A DNA stretch of 63,995 nucleotides, counting the filler, from Alloascoidea hylecoeti (Eukaryota), in the NCBI GenBank assembly GCA_001600815.1. It is 8 parts of 7 records of this genome, joined end to end, with 100 filler letters (N's around TTAATTAATTAA, not from the genome) between each part and the next. Parts side by side here need not be neighbours in the genome. Positions count along the whole stretch, not along the records: positions 57,571 to 62,619 come from BCKZ01000056.1; positions 62,720 to 63,995 come from BCKZ01000117.1; 6 more parts are not named here. One strand, written 5' to 3'. Below are positions 59,604 to 63,995 of the stretch, one piece after another (within the stretch, counting starts at the first letter, position 1; each line of letters begins with the position of its first letter). The position numbers and the translations under genes are program-made. The notes beneath the pieces were generated by a model that searched no databases, had not been told where the DNA came from, and saw only the letters and a program-made list of their open reading frames with translations.

Positions 59604-60578
59604 GTTTGTTGATTCATCATTTAATGTTGAATTCATTGAAAAAATGTATCACGGTAACAAATATCCTGTTAAAATTTTTGCAGACTTTTGGACACCATGA
59701 TTAAGTCTAGATTCAGTAAAACTGTACTAGACAATTTTGACCCAGCATACAATGGCATACAACTTTATCAAGAGCTTGACACAGTATCAAAAATTTTGAT
59801 GTTCTAGGTCGCTTAATATTACTTAAAAAATTCACTAAGAATATTTTAGAACATGGTTCTAACTGCAAGGATTTTAATAATCATGTCACAATTATGTCTT
59901 ATTATTTTGTTAATATTAAAGAATTTATTCCATATTATACATTGTCTAACACAACTGCTGAGAAAATTGATAATATTGTTACAAGAAATAATCTGTCCAA
60001 TTCAGAATTTGAAAATGTGTCACATAGAAAATTAATCACTCAAGTTAAAAAATTTGATTCAATCAAACCATACGATTCTGAAGACATTAATTATGTTAAG
60101 GCGAATAAATTTAATAATATTAATTGAAATACTGCATCTCAAAAAATGGTCGATCATTCAAACATCAATCCCGAAATTAAAACCAGAATTAAATGTTACA
60201 TTTGTCGTAAATTTGGTCATACTGGTCCCAACTGTCCTAAATACGATCCCAAAAAGGATAAAAGAAATTTTGATGATGTCCAGTATATTGAATTGCCCTT
60301 AGATACTAAGGTATACTATACAGAAATTAATGATGGTAAAATGGATAACTCCGATGAAATATTCTATATTTCTGAAACTCCGTTCATTCTCGATAGTGGA
60401 TCCAATTGTCACTCGGTTACTGATCAATCATTATTAACAAATGTCAACCATCATCTACTACTGTTAAAGGAATCGACAACACACCAACTAAAGTCTTAGA
60501 AGGCGACTTGAAGATCAATAATTTGGTATTACATCGTGTGAAGGTTTATCATAAAGCCGATCGTAATATCATTTCAGG
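59604..60578 (+). repeat. Inverted duplicate of a copia gag-protease fragment (partner 61518-62497)
   Basis: Identical broken ORF sets on both strands (CYICRKFGHTGPNC knuckle, ILDSGSNCH protease). Confidence 0.92.
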
Positions 60579-62619
60579 AGATTATTCCGTTTTGTTCACA
60601 ATAATTATTTATTTTCGTAGTTCGAAACTCATTATCACATCTGAAATTAATAATCATGTGATTGTATAATGATATAAATTGTTGAGTCTTTTGAGAAGAA
60701 TAATTCATTTATCGCTTGCATCAGATTTAGAATTCAAGACATATCCCATGATAAAGCCAGTGTTTTTGTCAGTAAATAATAGACCGTATTTGTTGAGATG
60801 TGGACCAAAGATGTCAACTGAAATAAAAGAACCAGGAGTTTTTGGTTTCAAGTCTTTGTCTTTTCCATGACTGAGTTTAAATTATTCGGCACAAACTAAA
60901 CAGGATTTGATTTCCTTTCTTAGCTTGTTGATATCCAGATTCGGAAATTGTCCTTTTAGTGAATCAGGGGATGCATGACCATTATTAATATGAAGTTGTA
61001 ACAAATCTGCATTATCATCCTTTTCCACATTTAGAACCGTTTCTTCTTTGAAGTCATTTGGAGTAAGTTCCCAAAAGCGGTCCTTTTTTTCAGCTTGTAA
61101 GATGATATTATTATCTTTAGAAATAGTGGCATGTTCTTTTGTTAAATTAATTTGGTAACCTTTGTTGGATATATATTACACTCTTAGAACAGTTCACTAA
61201 AGAGTTGATTGGCTTTTTGGCGCAACTGGGAGAACAGGCACTTTGAACTTTAACATGGTAGCGGCGCCGCTACCATTTTGTTCCTTCTCCTCCTTGAGCT
61301 TCACAAACTCTTGCATAGTTTCATTTAGTTGTTTAATGTAAATTTCTAAGCTCATTGTGGTGTAAGCGAATTTGAAGCGTTATAGGAAAATTATTAATCT
61401 ATTCTCAGTTTTCTTATTATAAGTGGAAATCATCTACTCTATATATATGTAATTTATTTTACGCCTCAAAAATAATGTAGATCTCCTAGTCAACCCAATA
61501 ACCTTGTTTAGTAAGTGAATCGCCTGAAATGATTTTACGATCGGTTTTAGGATAATCCTTCACACGATGTAATACCAAATTATTGATCTTCAAGTCGCCT
61601 TCTAAGACTTTAGTTGGTGTGTTGTCGATTCCTTTAACAGTAGTAGATGATGGTTGACATTTGTTAATAATGATTGATCAGTAACCGAGTGACAATTGGA
61701 TCCACTATCGAGAATGAACGGAGTTTCAGAAATATAGAATATTTCATCGGAGTTATCCATTTTACCATCATTAATTTCTGTATAGTATACCTTAGTATCT
61801 AAGGGCAATTCAATATACTGGACATCATCAAAATTTCTTTTATCCTTTTTGGGATCGTATTTAGGACAGTTGGGACCAGTATGACCAAATTTACGACAAA
61901 TGTAACATTTAATTCTGGTTTTAATTTCGGGATTGATGTTTGAATGATCGACCATTTTTTGAGATGCAGTATTTCAATTAATATTATTAAATTTATTCGC
62001 CTTAACATAATTAATGTCTTCAGAATCGTATGGTTTGATTGAATCAAATTTTTTAACTTGAGTGATTAATTTTCTATGTGACACATTTTCAAATTCTGAA
62101 TTGGACAGATTATTTCTTGTAACAATATTATCAATTTTCTCAGCAGTTGTGTTAGACAATGTATAATATGGAATAAATTCTTTAATATTAACAAAATAAT
62201 AAGACATAATTGTGACATGATTATTAAAATCCTTGCAGTTAGAACCATGTTCTAAAATATTCTTAGTGAATTTTTTAAGTAATATTAAGCGACCTAGAAC
62301 ATCAAAATTTTTGATACTGTGTCAAGCTCTTGATAAAGTTGTATGCCATTGTATGCTGGGTCAAAATTGTCTAGTACAGTTTTACTGAATCTAGACTTAA
62401 TCATGGTGTCCAAAAGTCTGCAAAAATTTTAACAGGATATTTGTTACCGTGATACATTTTTTCAATGAATTCAACATTAAATGATGAATCAACAAACATG
62501 TTTTGAAAAATGTTCATAATCCATGCATTCACAACCGGGAAGTAGTAACCGAAATCAAAAGCCTCAAATTTTTCGTTTTTGATTGATTCAAATTGTGTTT
62601 TGAAACAGTCAAAATTCAT
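60579..62619 (-). mobile_element. Degenerate Ty1/copia element (gag, protease, start of integrase)
   Basis: CCHC, DSG, LHINNGHAS and ISVDIFGP in copia order. Confidence 0.85.
61163..61500. mobile_element. Head-to-head chimera: LTR C (61163-61255, +), palindromic double PBS (61256-61275), LTR A (61276-61500, -)
   Basis: TGGTAGCGGCGCCGCTACCA between the LTRs; a single TSD ACCTT (61158-61162, 61501-61505). Confidence 0.9.
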
Positions 62620-62719
62620 NNNNNNNNNNNNNNNNNNNNNNNNNNNNNNNNNNNNNNNNNNNNTTAATTAATTAANNNNNNNNNNNNNNNNNNNNNNNNN
62701 NNNNNNNNNNNNNNNNNNN

Positions 62720-63199
62720 AAAGTGGACTTTTCAATAAGTTAAGTTTCACGGAAGTGTGTTGAAAACATTTGGAAATGAACCATCACACATAATCATATG
62801 AGCTAAACTTACATAATTAATATAATCATATAAATTATTAGGAATTATCTTTATTCTACCATTATAAAATGATTTTCTTAAGATAGTAAAACAAGGTAAT
62901 GCTCTAGTTATTATTTCTAATCCGTTAAATACTTGTCCTCTCACATATGTGTGAGTTAATCTAGGCATACTCATACAATATGGGGATAAAATATTATTTG
63001 GTTCTATATATTCTCTATTCGAACGTGGAAAGATTTCTAATAAAGAATCATTATATAAATCAGGCATAATTAAACCCTTAGTTGAGTTGATGTATTAAAA
63101 TTTAATGTATTTAAATTTAATGTATTAAAATTTAATGTATTAATATTTTTTATTATATAATTTCTGGTCAGCCTGTTTCCCTTGCTAAAGGAGAATCCT
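62720..63199 (-). mobile_element. cox1 group I intron at site 971 (aI5alpha-like) with a degenerate LAGLIDADG ORF (62747-63067)
   Basis: PRSNREYIEPNNI..YCMS..TRALPCFTILR..FYNGRIKIIPNNLYD..SLAHMIMCDGSF resembles S. cerevisiae aI5alpha as I recall it; follows FSWL. Confidence 0.8.
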
Positions 63200-63209
63200 A
63201 ACCATGAGA
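63200..63209 (-). CDS. cox1: 10-nt cox1 micro-exon TCTCATGGTT (part of KIFSWL)
   Basis: Lies between a group II 3' end (..ACTCTAT) and the site-971 group I intron. Confidence 0.8.
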
Positions 63210-63995
63210 ATAGAGTAAAATTAAAATTAAATAACTGTTATATTACATAACATCTTGTTATTTAACCTAAAGTTCTCTCCGAACCCAGCGAGATAGTTAC
63301 CCATCACTAGGCTCTCCAACTATACTTGGTTTCATTGGTTTATTTGTTCAATTACCACCGTGTATATCTAAATGATGTTTTCTACACAATGGTATTTGTT
63401 CTGTTTGAATTGCTGTAATAATTTTATTAAGTTCAGTATTTCCTTTAATTGATTTAATTGCTTTAGTATGATGCATTTCGACATTTTCAGACGATCCACA
63501 TACAATACAAGGAGCTCCTTGATGAGATAAAGATATTGGCATTCTTCATGCTAAACTAGTTAATGGATTAGTTTTTGTCTTATCTGACAATATTAAAATT
63601 GTCATTAATTCTTCAATATTATTCTTCCCTGAACCTATTCCTGCTAAACATTTAATATACTCTGGTTGTCAATCTTTTGGAGTTTTATTCCCAATTGGTT
63701 TGGGTATTTTTCAATATCTATCAAATAGAATACCTTTAATAGTTTTTGTTTTATCATCCACTACTCCAGTCCCCCGTGATTTTTCCCAAAGGGAAAGGGG
63801 AACTGCTGACTTTTTCTTATTTCCAATTGCTCTACTTAAATCATTTCTTCCTTTTTTAAATACACTAGCTACTGTTGGCAATTTAAACTTTGCAGCATAA
63901 ACCTTAGCTATTGAATAACGTAATATATAAGCTACTCTTGCAAGCGCTCTTTGACGATTACCCGCTATAGCTCATCAATTGGAGAAACCTCTAAG
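63210..63995 (-). mobile_element. 3' part of a group IIA intron in cox1 (site ~961) with maturase X / HNH ORF end (63995-63348)
   Basis: Domain V GAGCCTAGTGATGGGTAACTATCTCGCTGGGTTC (63314-63281); bulged A at -7; ORF SIAKVYAAKFKL..CIVCG..EMHH..PLCRKHH open with TGA=Trp. Confidence 0.88.

Noticed and set aside
62720..63320. Twintron (group II nested in a LAGLIDADG intron)
   Set aside because: A 10-nt cox1 exon (FSWL) separates the two introns.
63768..63800. Translational bypassing (byp) element
   Set aside because: In frame, no stop codon and no matching take-off/landing codons; cox1 exons contain no such inserts.

Overview
The window is eight unrelated contigs of an AT-rich budding-yeast (Saccharomycotina, CUG=Leu) assembly, joined by artificial N44-TTAATTAATTAA-N44 linkers. 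Contig 1 (1-21965) holds a compact housekeeping cluster (NOP58, DGK1, an NADP-dependent oxidoreductase, RPS23, SPN1, TOM5, LOA1, TAZ1, KAR3, RRP15, several with 63-74 nt introns) between a 23-bp-period array and decayed transposon/NUMT debris. Contigs 2-4 and 7 are nests of dead Ty1/copia, Ty3/gypsy and pogo-type elements carrying at least six LTR families. Contigs 5 and 8 are mitochondrial cox1 pieces packed with group I and II introns. Contig 6 is a ~5.8 kb domain almost free of C on the + strand. The best candidate for an undescribed system is a ~396-bp non-coding mini LTR retroelement (93-bp LTRs, tRNAi-Met PBS, PPT). It has a tRNA-type RNA polymerase III promoter split between the LTR (TATA, A-box, T5) and the internal domain (B-box). 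A different LTR sits at its predicted start site in one copy, and another copy is fused head-to-head to a second LTR family through a palindromic PBS and integrated as one unit with a 5-bp TSD. Other highlights: TSD-verified non-TG..CA LTR termini, a 4-nt cox1 exon whose group II EBS1 appears to pair into the upstream group I intron, a group II intron with non-canonical ends, and an (AAGA)6 tract that uncouples a maturase from its endonuclease. All calls come from reading the sequence by eye; no searches or folding programs were run.
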